From an uncultured Chloroflexia bacterium (GTDB lineage: Bacteria; Chloroflexota; Limnocylindria; QHBO01): 64,000 nt of DNA. The position numbers and the translations under genes were made by a program. A model generated the notes under the pieces. The model made no database searches. It was not told the origin of the DNA and saw only the letters and a program-made list of their open reading frames with translations. Below, piece by piece: positions 38,613-48,921 of the stretch; position 1 is the stretch's first letter, and each line of letters starts with the position of its first letter. Where the stretch lies: the NCBI GenBank assembly GCA_963753125.1, contig CAVWAU010000006.1:77413-141412 (forward strand), given 5' to 3'.

Positions 38613-39361
38613 TGCCCGCCGACCGCCGCGGCGAACATAGAGAAGGCGTAGATCGCGATCACGCCGACCAGCGTCGCGGCCACCACCCAGCGCGAGCGGT
38701 CGCTGCGGTGGGCCTCCGGCAGCAGCTCCGCAGCACCGATGTAGAGGAAGAAGCCGGCGAAGACCGCCAGCATCGCCCCGAGAACGACGTCCGGCACCGG
38801 CAGCAGCAGCCCGACGATCACGCCCACCACCGGCGCCAGCGCAACCAGCCCCACCCAGCGATAGATCTCGTTCTGCGGGGTCCGACTGGCCAGCAGCAGG
38901 CTGACGATGCCGATGCCGTCGCTGAAGCGGTGGACGACGACGACCACCGCGATGACCAGCCCCAGGCCCCCGCCTACGGTGAGCCCCGCGGCCAGCGCCA
39001 CGCCGTCGAGGAAGCTGTGCAGGCTCATGCCGATCGCGCCGATGAGGCCGATGTGGTGGTGCTCGGCGTCGCCATGGTCCAGCTCGGTGGCCGTCTCGTG
39101 CCCGACGTGCAGGGCTGTCAGCTTCTCGATGGCATAGAAGGCGAGGAAGCCGAGGGCGGTGAAGATCATCGCCAGGTCGAGCGAGCCCAGGTGCTCGATG
39201 CCCTCGGGGATCAGGTCGAAGAAGGCGGCACCGATGCGGATCCCGGCACCGAACGCGATGACCAGCCCGACATGGCCGACGGCGCGCATCGCCAGCAGCC
39301 CGCCGACCAGGGCGGAGACAAAGGCGCTGAGCGAGACGAGCGCGGCGGTCATTGGCACCAT
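38609..39361 (-). CDS. ZIP-family metal (zinc) transporter
   Basis: His-rich loop, LHSFLDGVAL, VHRFSDG, LYIGAAELLPEAH; start uncertain (39352/39361/39379). Confidence 0.9.
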   Translation of the reverse strand: MVPMTAALVSLSAFVSALVGGLLAMRAVGHVGLVIAFGAGIRIGAAFFDLIPEGIEHLGSLDLAMIFTALGFLAFYAIEKLTALHVGHETATELDHGDAEHHHIGLIGAIGMSLHSFLDGVALAAGLTVGGGLGLVIAVVVVVHRFSDGIGIVSLLLASRTPQNEIYRWVGLVALAPVVGVIVGLLLPVPDVVLGAMLAVFAGFFLYIGAAELLPEAHRSDRSRWVVAATLVGVIAIYAFSMFAAAVGGH

Positions 39362-39363
39362 GA

Positions 39364-39378
39364 CGAGACTCAGTATCA
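39364..39378 (-). promoter_or_regulatory. putative Fur/Zur box
   Basis: TGATACT-G-AGTCTCG, an imperfect 7-1-7 inverted repeat (5 of 7 pairs) immediately before the ZIP start. Confidence 0.45.
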
Positions 39379-39484
39379 TCTGCGTCCCGATGGGCGTCAA
39401 GGGTCGAGACGGCTCACGTGGTAGCATCGAAACGCCCGACAGAGGCAGCGCCATCCCGAGCGCGCCCCCATCCAGGAGTCCCGT

Positions 39485-40753
39485 TTGCCCGATACCCATA
39501 CCCAGCGCGCCCGCCCGCGCCGCCGTCGTGCGGCGGCGAAGAGCGATCCCGTCGCCATCGAAGTGGCCAGCGAGGAGGCCGAGGCGCCATCGGAGTTCGA
39601 GGCCGCCGCCATCGCCGCCGCCGGCGGCTATCGGTTCGGCGACATCGAGGTTCCCGCCACGATCGCGCGCGCCATCGAGTCGCTGGGTTTCGTGACCCCG
39701 ACCGAGGTGCAGGCGCGATCCATTCCGCCGCTGCGGCGGGGCGAGGACCTCATCGGCCAGGCGCAGACCGGCACCGGCAAGACCGCGGCCTTCGGCATCC
39801 CCATCGTCGAGAAGATCGAGCCTTCGAGCATGCACGTCCAGGCCCTGGTGCTGACGCCGACCCGCGAGCTGTGCGTGCAGGTCACCGAGGAGATCGAGCG
39901 GATCGGCCGCTTCCGCGGCGTGCGCACGGTAGCCATCTACGGCGGCTCATCGATGGACAAGCAGATCGAGTCCCTCAAGCGCGGGGCACAGGTAGTGGTC
40001 GGCACGCCGGGACGGGTGCTCGACCTCATCCGTCGCCGCGAGCTGCTGCTCGACCGCGTCAACACCGTCATCCTCGACGAGGCCGATCGGATGCTCGACA
40101 TGGGCTTCATCGTCGACGTCGAGACGATCCTGTCCCGCTCGCCGCGCAGCCGCCAGACCGCGCTCTTCAGCGCCACCATGCCGTACGCGATCCTGCGCAT
40201 CTGCGACCGCTTCATGAAGCCGAACCCGGCCCACGTCACGGTTCGCCCCGACCTGCGCACCGTCGAGACCGTGCGCCAGCTGGTCTACTTCGTGGCCGAG
40301 CAGGACAAGGTCGCCGCGCTCGTCGAGCTCAACGAGCACTACGGCTTCGATCGGCTCCTGACCTTCCGCCACACCCAGATCGGGGTGGACCGACTGGCCG
40401 CGACGCTCAAGCGACGCGGCAAGAACGTCGCCGCCCTCCACGGCGGGCTGTCGCAGCGCGAGCGCGACCGCACCCTGGCCGCCTTCCGCGCCGGCAAGAT
40501 CCAGTTCCTCATCGCCACCAACGTCGCCAGCCGCGGCCTCGACATCACCGACCTGCCGTATGTCCTCTCCTTCGACATCCCCGAGGATGCCGACACGTAC
40601 ATCCATCGGATCGGCCGCACCGGACGCGCCGGGCGGGAGGGGACCGCCATCACCTTCGTGGGTGAGTGGGACCTCGACGCCTGGGAGGCGATCCGTGCCG
40701 AGGTGGGCGCCGAGGTCGAGGTCGGCGAGCTCGACCTGTACGGCCCGGGCTGA
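39485..40753 (+). CDS. DEAD-box RNA helicase
   Basis: AQTGTGKT, PTREL, GTPGR, DEAD, SAT, YIHRIGRTGRAG; TTG start with SD AGGAG. Confidence 0.96.
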   Translation: MPDTHTQRARPRRRRAAAKSDPVAIEVASEEAEAPSEFEAAAIAAAGGYRFGDIEVPATIARAIESLGFVTPTEVQARSIPPLRRGEDLIGQAQTGTGKTAAFGIPIVEKIEPSSMHVQALVLTPTRELCVQVTEEIERIGRFRGVRTVAIYGGSSMDKQIESLKRGAQVVVGTPGRVLDLIRRRELLLDRVNTVILDEADRMLDMGFIVDVETILSRSPRSRQTALFSATMPYAILRICDRFMKPNPAHVTVRPDLRTVETVRQLVYFVAEQDKVAALVELNEHYGFDRLLTFRHTQIGVDRLAATLKRRGKNVAALHGGLSQRERDRTLAAFRAGKIQFLIATNVASRGLDITDLPYVLSFDIPEDADTYIHRIGRTGRAGREGTAITFVGEWDLDAWEAIRAEVGAEVEVGELDLYGPG

Positions 40754-40860
40754 GGCGTTCGATTCGCGCCCGATTGCCGGCCAGTGACGCTAACGGCCAA
40801 GATGCGCCTGGAATGGGCTCGAAGTTGGCCGGGCGTTGCGCCTCGGGGTAATTCCCGGAC

Positions 40861-41262
40861 ATGTTGAGCGCCCGGATCGGTCCAACTTCTCCGTTAGCTC
40901 CGCTCCGGGGCAAGTTCGTCGTGGCGGCGGAGCTGCTCGCTGCCTCGACGCTGGCCGGCTGTGCGATGTTCGGCGCCGAGATCACGGTCGACGCGCGAAA
41001 CGACAGTGACGAGGTCATGGTCATCCAGGTCATCGACGGGAACGGCGCGCCGCATGGTCCGGCCCAACGGCTCGAACCGCTCGAGGAGCGCTCGGTCGAG
41101 CTGGCCGTCCCGGGCGGGACCTGGGACGTCACCGTCAACGGCGTGCTTCTGCTCACCAGCTCTGAAGCCGCCGGGTGGATGGGACGGGTGCCGGGGACGC
41201 TCGTGCTTCCGGCGCCCGACGATCCGATCGACGTACCGCATTGGCTGGCGCCGTCGGACTGA
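40861..41262 (+). CDS. hypothetical lipoprotein
   Basis: LAGC lipobox followed by a beta-rich domain of about 100 aa. Confidence 0.55.
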   Translation: MLSARIGPTSPLAPLRGKFVVAAELLAASTLAGCAMFGAEITVDARNDSDEVMVIQVIDGNGAPHGPAQRLEPLEERSVELAVPGGTWDVTVNGVLLLTSSEAAGWMGRVPGTLVLPAPDDPIDVPHWLAPSD

Positions 41263-41347
41263 GCTGGGCGGTAACTCGAGGGGCCGCGGTGCTACCATCG
41301 GGGACCCGAGCCACCAGCGGCTGACGCACCATCGAGGAGGCTCTGCC

Positions 41348-42661
41348 CTGACCGCCACCCCTGCCGCAGGAACTCCATCGGCACTGGATGCCGATGGGCT
41401 GGCCGAGGTCAGACGCGTCGGCAACGCCGACCTGATGGTGGGCATCCCGTCCTTCGGCAACGCCGAGACCATCGGCTACGTCGTGCGCGCCACGACGGCC
41501 GGCATGGTGCAGTACTTCCCCGAGCTGAAGCCGATCCTGGTCAACAGCGACGGCGGCTCGCCCGACGACACGCCGCGGGTGGCGGTCAGCACCGAGAGCC
41601 CGGACTACCTCGAGAAGGTCATCCTGGTCAGCCCGAAGCACAAGCTCCAGCGCATCAGCGTCACCTACCAGGGCACCAGCGGCAAGGGCACGGCGGTGCG
41701 CGCGCTGTTCGAGGTCGCCCGCGAGCTCAAGGTCAAGGCCATGGTCATGGTCGACTCCGACCTGCGCTCGATCGTGCCCGAGTGGGTCGAGCTGTTGGCC
41801 GGACCGATCCTGAAGGGTGGCTACGACTTCGTGGCGCCGATGTACGCGCGCTACAAGTATGACGGCACGATCACCAACAACATCAGCTACCCGCTGACGC
41901 GGGCCCTCTACGGGTCGCGTATCCGCCAGCCGATCGGCGGCGACTTCGGAGTCTCCGGCGACCTCGTCGCCCGCTACCTGGAGCTCGACACGTTCGACGA
42001 CCTCGCCGCGCGATTCGGGATCGACATCTGGATGACGCACTCGGCGATCAACGAGGGCTTCGCCGTCTGCCAGGCCCGCCTCGGCGCCAAGATCCACGAC
42101 GCCAAGGATCCCGCCAGCGACCTGGGGCCGATGTTCCGCCAGGTGGTCGGCACCCTGTTCAAGCTGGCTGGCCACTATGAGGACCGATGGCTGCGGGTGA
42201 AGGGCTCGCACCCGATCCCGGAGTACGGATTCGAGCGGGTGGTGGCGCCGGAGGAGATCAATGTCAACCACGCCAAGCTGGTCGACCAGCTCGAGCAGGC
42301 GCGGCTGGCCCAGCAGGAGGTCTGGACCGAGATGCTCGCCGCCGAGCAGCTCGAGCGCGTCAACAATCTCGAGATCGGCGGCGACCCGGCCGACTTCCGC
42401 TTCAGCTCCGACCTCTGGATCCGCTGCCTCTACGACAGCATGGTCGCCTTCCATCGCCCCGGAGCCGATCGCGAGCGGCTGCTCGCAGGCCTCACCCCGC
42501 TGTACTTCGGGCGCACCGCCGGCTTCATCAGCGACACGCTCGAGCTGACCACCGACCAGGCGGAGCGCGTCATCGACGACCAGGCGCGCCAGTTCGAGGA
42601 GCTCAAGCCCTATCTCGTCGCCCGCTGGCAGGCGGCGCGAACGAACGGGGCCGGGAGCTGA
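41348..42661 (+). CDS. GT-A glycosyltransferase, mannosylglycerate/glucosylglycerate-synthase-like (CTG start)
   Basis: VGIPS, VNSDGGSPDDT, GKGTAV, VDSDLRSI, KYDGTITN, RQPIGGDFG, FGIDIWMT; SD GAGGAGG 7 nt before the CTG. Confidence 0.75.
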   Translation: MTATPAAGTPSALDADGLAEVRRVGNADLMVGIPSFGNAETIGYVVRATTAGMVQYFPELKPILVNSDGGSPDDTPRVAVSTESPDYLEKVILVSPKHKLQRISVTYQGTSGKGTAVRALFEVARELKVKAMVMVDSDLRSIVPEWVELLAGPILKGGYDFVAPMYARYKYDGTITNNISYPLTRALYGSRIRQPIGGDFGVSGDLVARYLELDTFDDLAARFGIDIWMTHSAINEGFAVCQARLGAKIHDAKDPASDLGPMFRQVVGTLFKLAGHYEDRWLRVKGSHPIPEYGFERVVAPEEINVNHAKLVDQLEQARLAQQEVWTEMLAAEQLERVNNLEIGGDPADFRFSSDLWIRCLYDSMVAFHRPGADRERLLAGLTPLYFGRTAGFISDTLELTTDQAERVIDDQARQFEELKPYLVARWQAARTNGAGS

Positions 42662-44640
42662 TGGCGGCGGCCCGGCGCCGGACCCCGTACCGCATCCTCC
42701 TGCCTCTCGCCAACCCGCGGACGGCCCGCGACCTCGTGCGCATCGGAGCCGGCGTCGCCAACGGCCGTCCGACCGAGATCACCGCGCTCGGCATCGTCGA
42801 GGTCCCGGAGGGCGTCAGCCTCTCGGAGGGGGCAACGCAGGCGCGGACCTCGCGCCGACTCCTCCAGCGCGTCCTCGACTTCGGCGACGAGGAGGGGGTC
42901 GAGCTGCGCACGCTGGTCCGCATCGGCCGCCATGCATCCGATGGCGTGATCGAGGCGGTCGGCGAGGAGAGCAGCGACCTCGTCATCTTCGGCTGGGGCG
43001 GGCCACCGACCCCGTCGCAGGCCGCCCGCGCCGAGGCGGAGGCCACCGAGCTGGCTTTGGCCGGCGAGCGGGCACTGCCCCGCGCGGTCTTCAGCCCGAC
43101 CATCGACGCGGTCGTGCGCGAGTCGCCCTGCGACATCGCGGTCGTCAAGCAGCGCGGCCTCGAGGGGGTGCGCTCCATCCTCGTGCCGGTCCGCGGCGGG
43201 CCGCACGCCGAGCTGGCAATGCGCATCAGCCGCGACCTCGCCAAGCGCTTCGGGGCGAAGGTGGTGGTGCTCCATGTCGTGCCGAAGGGAATCGGCGGTC
43301 GGGCCGTCGAGCGCGAGCAGACGGCGGTCGACGCCTTCGTCCGCGAGCACGCTGGTTCACGTCGGGCGATCGGCCTCATCCGCGAGGCGACCAGCGTGAG
43401 GCAGGCGATCATCAAGGAGGCCGCCAACCACGACCTGGTGGTGATGGGCGCATCGGCCCAGCCGACGAACGCCAGCCCCGACGGGCGCTACCTGTTCGGC
43501 ACTCTGGCCGAAACGGTCGCGAGCAAGGCCAAGCCAACGGTCATCGTGGTCAAGACGAAGCAGTCGCTCGGCCTCGCCACCTTCGACGAGCTGCGCGCCT
43601 CCGAGGGCACCCTTGCGCATGCCGATGCATTCGTCGAGCGGACGCGGTCGCTTCCGGTCGTCGTCGACAAGTGGTTCGCCGAGAACACGTTCCACGCTCA
43701 CGAGTTCGCCGACATCCGCAAGCTCGTCGCGCTCAAGGAGCGCCACAACCTGACGATCAGCCTCGGGTTGCCCGCTCTGAACGAGGAGAAGACGATCGGC
43801 ACCGTCATCAAGCGCGTGAAGAGCGCTCTGGTGGACCGCGTTCCGCTCATCGACCAGATGGTCGTGATCGACTCGGACAGCGAGGACCGCACCGCCGAGA
43901 TCGCCGCCGACCTCGAGGTGCCGGTGTACCGCCACTCCCAGATCCTGCCTGATCTCGGCTCCTTCGTCGGCAAGGGCGAGGCGCTGTGGAAGAGCCTTCA
44001 CGTCCTCGACGGCGACATCGTGGCCTGGATCGACACCGATATCAGCAACATCCAGCCGCGCTTCGTCTACGGGCTGATCGGTCCGCTGCTTCGTGAGCCC
44101 CAGCTCCAGTACGTCAAGGGCTTCTACCAGCGGCCGATCCGCGACGGCGACAAGCTCCAGGCCGAGGGCGGCGGCCGCGTCACCGAGCTCATGGCACGAC
44201 CGCTCATCAATCTCTTCTTCCCCGAGCTGTCGGGCATGATCCAGCCGCTTTCGGGCGAGTACGCCGGGAGGCGCTCGCTCCTCGAGCGGCTGCCGTTCTT
44301 CACCGGGTACGCCGTGGAGATCGGCCTGCTCATCGACATCCTCGACCACGCCGGCCTGGCGACGGTCGGGCAGGTCGACCTCGAGCGGCGCATCCACCGC
44401 AACCAGCCGCTGCCCAACCTGTCGCAGATGGCCTACGTCATCCTCCAGGGAGCCATCCGCAAGCTCGAGGAGCGCCACCGCCTGGAGCTGCTCACCGAGG
44501 TCGGCCGCGGCATGAAGCTCATCAACACCGGCAAGGACCACTTCAACCTCGAGGTCCGCGAGATCGGCGACGAGATCCGCCCACCGATGACCTCGATCCC
44601 GGCCTACGTCGAGCGCCGTCGCTCACTGAAGGCCCGATAG
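42661..44640 (+). CDS. gpgS: tandem universal-stress-protein domains fused to glucosyl-3-phosphoglycerate synthase
   Basis: USP motifs (ILVPVRGGPHA, DLVVMGAS..FGT.AE.V); GpgS motifs LPALNEE, GKGEALWKS, GGRVTEL.ARP, QPLSGEYA, GYAVEIGLL, HRNQPL. Confidence 0.88.
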   Translation: MAAARRRTPYRILLPLANPRTARDLVRIGAGVANGRPTEITALGIVEVPEGVSLSEGATQARTSRRLLQRVLDFGDEEGVELRTLVRIGRHASDGVIEAVGEESSDLVIFGWGGPPTPSQAARAEAEATELALAGERALPRAVFSPTIDAVVRESPCDIAVVKQRGLEGVRSILVPVRGGPHAELAMRISRDLAKRFGAKVVVLHVVPKGIGGRAVEREQTAVDAFVREHAGSRRAIGLIREATSVRQAIIKEAANHDLVVMGASAQPTNASPDGRYLFGTLAETVASKAKPTVIVVKTKQSLGLATFDELRASEGTLAHADAFVERTRSLPVVVDKWFAENTFHAHEFADIRKLVALKERHNLTISLGLPALNEEKTIGTVIKRVKSALVDRVPLIDQMVVIDSDSEDRTAEIAADLEVPVYRHSQILPDLGSFVGKGEALWKSLHVLDGDIVAWIDTDISNIQPRFVYGLIGPLLREPQLQYVKGFYQRPIRDGDKLQAEGGGRVTELMARPLINLFFPELSGMIQPLSGEYAGRRSLLERLPFFTGYAVEIGLLIDILDHAGLATVGQVDLERRIHRNQPLPNLSQMAYVILQGAIRKLEERHRLELLTEVGRGMKLINTGKDHFNLEVREIGDEIRPPMTSIPAYVERRRSLKAR

Positions 44641-44651
44641 ACCACGAGCCG

Positions 44652-45197
44652 ATGCGGGTCGTGGTCCTCCCCTATGACCCGGGATGGCCCGAGCAGTTCC
44701 GCGGCGTCCGCCACGACCTGCTGAGGGCGTTGGCCGGCGTCCCTGTAGTGGCCGTCGAGCACGTCGGCAGCACCGCGGTTTCGGGGCTGGCAGCCAAACC
44801 GCGCCTCGACATCGATGTGGTCGTCGCGCGCGAGCACGTCACGCCCGCTCGGGCGGCGCTGGAGGCCGCGGGCTACAACTGGCTAGGGGAGCAGGGCATC
44901 CCCGACCGCCACGCGTTCCGAGCGCCCGACCGGGTTCCGCCCCGGAGCGTATATCTCGTCGTCGAGGGCTGCCTCGCCCTCCGGAATCACCTCGCGCTAC
45001 GGGATCTGCTGCGCCGCGACGCTCGGCTGCGCGACGAGTACGGGCGGCTGAAGCTCGAGCTCGCGGGACGCGACTACGAGGACACGGACCAGTACGTGGT
45101 CGACAAGTCGCCGATGATCCAGCGCATCCTCACCGCGGCCGGCCTCGATGCCAAGGAGCGAGCCGCAATCGACGCGATGAATCGCCTCGACCCGTAG
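44652..45197 (+). CDS. GrpB/UPF0157-family protein
   Basis: YDPGWP..F, EHVGSTAVSGLAAKP.LDIDV, RNHLALRD.LR, YG.LK, Y...KS. Confidence 0.9.
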   Translation: MRVVVLPYDPGWPEQFRGVRHDLLRALAGVPVVAVEHVGSTAVSGLAAKPRLDIDVVVAREHVTPARAALEAAGYNWLGEQGIPDRHAFRAPDRVPPRSVYLVVEGCLALRNHLALRDLLRRDARLRDEYGRLKLELAGRDYEDTDQYVVDKSPMIQRILTAAGLDAKERAAIDAMNRLDP

Positions 45198-45220
45198 ACG
45201 CCCGTATCATCGGACGGGCC

Positions 45221-46402
45221 ATGCCAGACCGATCCTTGCGCGTCCTCGTCGCGCCCGACTCCTTCGGCGGTGCCCTCGACTCGGTGGCGGTGGCTGCCGC
45301 CATCGCCCGGGGTTGGTCGCGCGTCCGTGGCGGCGACGAGGTGACCCGCCGCCCGATGGCCGACGGAGGCGAGGGCACCCTGGCCGCGGTGGCCGATGCG
45401 CTCGGCGACGCCGCCGAGCGACGAACCGCGTCGACCACGGACGCCCTCGGGCGGCCGATCGAGGCCGACTGGCTGCTCCTGGACCATGGTCGCGGGGCGT
45501 TCGTGGAGATGGCCGCCGCCTCCGGACTGGCGCGGTTGAGTTCCGAGGAGCGAACCCCCGAGAACGCGCGGCGTGCCTCGACGCGGGGTACCGGCGACCT
45601 GCTGCGCGCGGCCCTGGACGCGGGGGTCGAGCGGATCACGATCGGGCTCGGTGGCTCGGCCACCACCGACGGCGGCAGCGGCCTGCTGCGGGCGCTCGGC
45701 ATTCGTTTCCTCGGAACGGGCGACGCCGAGCTGCCCGACGGCGGAGCGGCGCTGGCGGACCTCGATCGGATCGATCCAGCCGGCATCGACCCGCGGCTTG
45801 CGCAGGTGGAGCTCACCGTCGCCTCCGACGTCACGAACACCCTGGTGGGGAGTCGCGGTGCAGCCGCCACCTACGGCCCGCAGAAGGGCGCCGACCCCGA
45901 CGCGGTGGCTGAGCTCGACGCGGCGCTCGCGAGGTTCGGCCGCGCCATCGAGACCGCCACGGGCCGGCTCGTGGCCGACCTGCCCGGCGCCGGCGCCGCC
46001 GGCGGTACGACCGCCGGCCTGCTCGGCCTCACCGGTGCGACCGTGCGGCCCGGCGTCGAGGTGGTCGCCGAGCTCGTCAACCTCGCGGCGGCGCTCGAGG
46101 AGGCCGACCTGGTCATCACCGGCGAGGGGCGCGCCGACGAGCAGACGCTGCAGGGCAAGGCGGCGATGGGCGTCGCCACGTTGGCCCGCCCGCGCAACAC
46201 GCCGGTCGTGCTGCTGTGCGGCGCCCTCGGTCCGGGCGCCGAGGCGCTCGACGCCGCAACGGCCATCACCGTGGTGCACCCGATCGCCGACCGTCCGACC
46301 GACCTCGCGACCGCCATGGCCGACACGGAACGGCTGCTCGAGGCGGCTGCCGCAAGGCTGGCGCGCAGCGTCGGCATCGGCCTGGAGCTGGCGCGCCCGT
46401 AG
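45221..46402 (+). CDS. glxK: glycerate kinase (GlxK/GarK family)
   Basis: VAPDSFGG, PMADGGEGT, GLGGSATTDGG, YGPQKGA, GAGAAGG, ITGEGRAD.QT..GK. Confidence 0.93.
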   Translation: MPDRSLRVLVAPDSFGGALDSVAVAAAIARGWSRVRGGDEVTRRPMADGGEGTLAAVADALGDAAERRTASTTDALGRPIEADWLLLDHGRGAFVEMAAASGLARLSSEERTPENARRASTRGTGDLLRAALDAGVERITIGLGGSATTDGGSGLLRALGIRFLGTGDAELPDGGAALADLDRIDPAGIDPRLAQVELTVASDVTNTLVGSRGAAATYGPQKGADPDAVAELDAALARFGRAIETATGRLVADLPGAGAAGGTTAGLLGLTGATVRPGVEVVAELVNLAAALEEADLVITGEGRADEQTLQGKAAMGVATLARPRNTPVVLLCGALGPGAEALDAATAITVVHPIADRPTDLATAMADTERLLEAAAARLARSVGIGLELARP

Positions 46403-46418
46403 CGGGCGTCATCGGTCG

Positions 46419-47261
46419 ATGGCGAGGAAGGGCCCGAGCCCGCAGAAGCGGGCGGCCGACCGGCGGAAGCGACGCAGGCTGGCCGACGTCGTGCTCGACC
46501 GGCTGGGGGACCGATACGACCATCCGGCCTGGGCCGGACCGCGCGTCGACACGGTCAGCGAGCTGGTGCTCACGATCCTGAGCCAGAACACCGCCGACGT
46601 GAACTCGTTCCGCGCCTTCACCGCGCTCCGCGCGCGCTATCCCGACTGGGACGCCGTTCTGGCCGCGCCGACCGACGAGCTCGAGGAGGTAATCCGGCCC
46701 GGCGGCCTGGCGCCCACGAAGTCGCGCCGCATCCAGCACGTCCTTGCCGAGGTCCATGCGGCGACGGACGGCACCTGGGATCTGGGCTTTCTGGGGACGT
46801 GGCCGTTGACCGAGGCGCGCGAGTGGCTCACCGCGCTGACCGGGATCGGGCGCAAGACGGCGGCGATCATCCTGCTCTTCGGCTTCGGGCGACCGCAGAT
46901 GCCGGTCGACACCCACGTCCACCGCGTCACCACTCGGCTCGGGATGCTGCCGACGCGCACGCCGCTGCCGAAGGCCCATGACCTTCTCGAGGAGGTGCTC
47001 GAGCCCGACGAGATGTACCCGTTCCACGTCGAGACGATCCGCCACGGGCGCGACACCTGCCGCGCCCCGCGACCGATCTGCGGCCTCTGCCCCCTGACTG
47101 ATGTCTGCGCCTACTACGCGCTCGCCATGAAGGGCAAGGCACCGATGGCACCTCTTCCGAAGGGGTCAGCCGCGGACGGCCCGCCGCGATACCACGACGA
47201 GCTCATCCACGGCTGGATGCCGCCCGAGAAGCCGGCTATCCGCGCAGATCCCTCCGGCTGA
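46419..47261 (+). CDS. endonuclease III-family HhH-GPD DNA glycosylase
   Basis: LVLTILSQNT, GIGRKTA, VDTHVHRV, CRAPRPICGLCPLTDVC Fe-S motif. Confidence 0.92.
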   Translation: MARKGPSPQKRAADRRKRRRLADVVLDRLGDRYDHPAWAGPRVDTVSELVLTILSQNTADVNSFRAFTALRARYPDWDAVLAAPTDELEEVIRPGGLAPTKSRRIQHVLAEVHAATDGTWDLGFLGTWPLTEAREWLTALTGIGRKTAAIILLFGFGRPQMPVDTHVHRVTTRLGMLPTRTPLPKAHDLLEEVLEPDEMYPFHVETIRHGRDTCRAPRPICGLCPLTDVCAYYALAMKGKAPMAPLPKGSAADGPPRYHDELIHGWMPPEKPAIRADPSG

Positions 47262-48921
47262 AGCCCCAGGCGCCGATCAGCAGGCCGCCGATCGCCAGCG
47301 CCAGCGAGGCGATGATCCCGATCGGGTCCCAGCTGCCGATCATCGGCTCACCGTAGTGATGGGCCAGCGACAGGTTCGTGACCCAGTCGGGAAGCTCGAG
47401 GATGGGCGCCAGGATGTCGATCAGCAGCATGCCGACCACGACCACGATCACGGTCGGCGCGGCGATTGACGGGCGGAACAGACCACCCGCCGCCAGACCG
47501 ATGCCGGCCACGGCCGTCCCGTACAGGGCGATCACCGAGATGCCGGCAAGCGGCGTCAGGATGTCGCCGCCGGTCCCCGCGATGCCGAGCGCGGTGATAA
47601 CGCCGACGATCAGCGCCACGACCACGATTGCCAGGTACGTCCCGATTTCCGACTCGAGCATCCAGCGGAAGCGGCCGATCGGCGCGGTGAGCAGCATCTC
47701 CATCCGGCCCTCCGACTCGTCGGAGGCCCAACCGCCGACCAGCCCGGCGGCGGCGAACCCGGCGAAGATCGTCCCGAGCTGCACGAAGAGAACCTGGAGC
47801 GCGAACCCCGGTTCGGTCAGGTCGGCGTTGGGGAACGCCAGGCGCATGACCTCCTCCAGGGTCGGCGTCTCCGCGATCACCCGCGCCAGGTCCTCCGCCG
47901 ACACCGCGATGATGAAGGCGTAGACGCCGACACCCAGCCCCCAGGCGATCGCTGCGCTGAGCCGCTCTCCGAGGGTCCGGGTGAGCGGCCCGGAGAGGCC
48001 GAGCAGCCATCGCGGCCGTGACGCCAGGCGCAGGGCACCGACGTCGCCGAGGTCACGCCGCTCGAACGCGAGGACGCCGATCGTCGCGGCGACCAGGATG
48101 ATCGCGGCCAGCGGCAGCAGCGAAGTGAAGTCACTGATGCCGGCGATCGGCCGGTGGCCCGCGGTCCAGCTGAACAAGGAGATCGACGAGATGGTCTCGA
48201 AGGCCGCGATCGACTCGCGGTAGCCGTAGACGAGCCAGCTGCCGACCAGGACGACGGCGGCGATGGCGGCCGCCCCGCCACGACCGACGAACGGCGCGAG
48301 CGCGAAGGCGAACGTGCCGGCCCCCAGGGCCGAGAGCCCCATGCCCAGCGCGTAGCCGAGGGCGGCGCCCACCCCGATCTCGTCACCGGGGAGGGTGGCG
48401 AAGACCACCCCGATCAGCCACAGGAAGAACGCCACGATGAGCATGGCCAGCGTCATCGCTGCGACGTGCCCGGCCAGCTTCTCGAGCGCGACCCAGCGGC
48501 GGGGGATCGGCGAGCCGGCCATGAACTCCATGGAGCCACGCCGCATCTCGCCCACGAGCGTGCCCGACAGGGCCATCAGCGACCAGACGCCGGGCAGCAC
48601 GAAGAAGATGAGCCCGTAGCGCCAGTTCGTGAAGCCGCCGAGCGTGTCGGCGTTGACGGCGCTGCCGCCGTAGAGGCCGGTGAAGATTGCTGGCAGGACC
48701 GTGGTCAGCGCCACGCCCTCGGCACGCGTCTCGGGCGTGCCCCAGGTGGACGCCACGAATGCGCCGCTGACGAGTATCAGCAGCGAGAGGAAGCCGCCGA
48801 CGATGAGGATCGCACGCCGCGAGTCGCGCAGCGTCTTTCCGAAGATGCTGCCCAGCCCGAAGAGCCGGCTGCGCAGCGGGATGCCGAACTGAGTCCGCAA
48901 CGGCCGTGCTCCGGCGGTCAT
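47236..48921 (-). CDS. ABC-2 exporter permease (duplicated, about 12 TM)
   Basis: GEMRRGSMEFMAGSPIPR and DESEGRMEMLLTAPIGR repeats; AFERRDL and FSRRDL termini. Confidence 0.88.
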   Translation of the reverse strand: MTAGARPLRTQFGIPLRSRLFGLGSIFGKTLRDSRRAILIVGGFLSLLILVSGAFVASTWGTPETRAEGVALTTVLPAIFTGLYGGSAVNADTLGGFTNWRYGLIFFVLPGVWSLMALSGTLVGEMRRGSMEFMAGSPIPRRWVALEKLAGHVAAMTLAMLIVAFFLWLIGVVFATLPGDEIGVGAALGYALGMGLSALGAGTFAFALAPFVGRGGAAAIAAVVLVGSWLVYGYRESIAAFETISSISLFSWTAGHRPIAGISDFTSLLPLAAIILVAATIGVLAFERRDLGDVGALRLASRPRWLLGLSGPLTRTLGERLSAAIAWGLGVGVYAFIIAVSAEDLARVIAETPTLEEVMRLAFPNADLTEPGFALQVLFVQLGTIFAGFAAAGLVGGWASDESEGRMEMLLTAPIGRFRWMLESEIGTYLAIVVVALIVGVITALGIAGTGGDILTPLAGISVIALYGTAVAGIGLAAGGLFRPSIAAPTVIVVVVGMLLIDILAPILELPDWVTNLSLAHHYGEPMIGSWDPIGIIASLALAIGGLLIGAWGFSRRDLRG

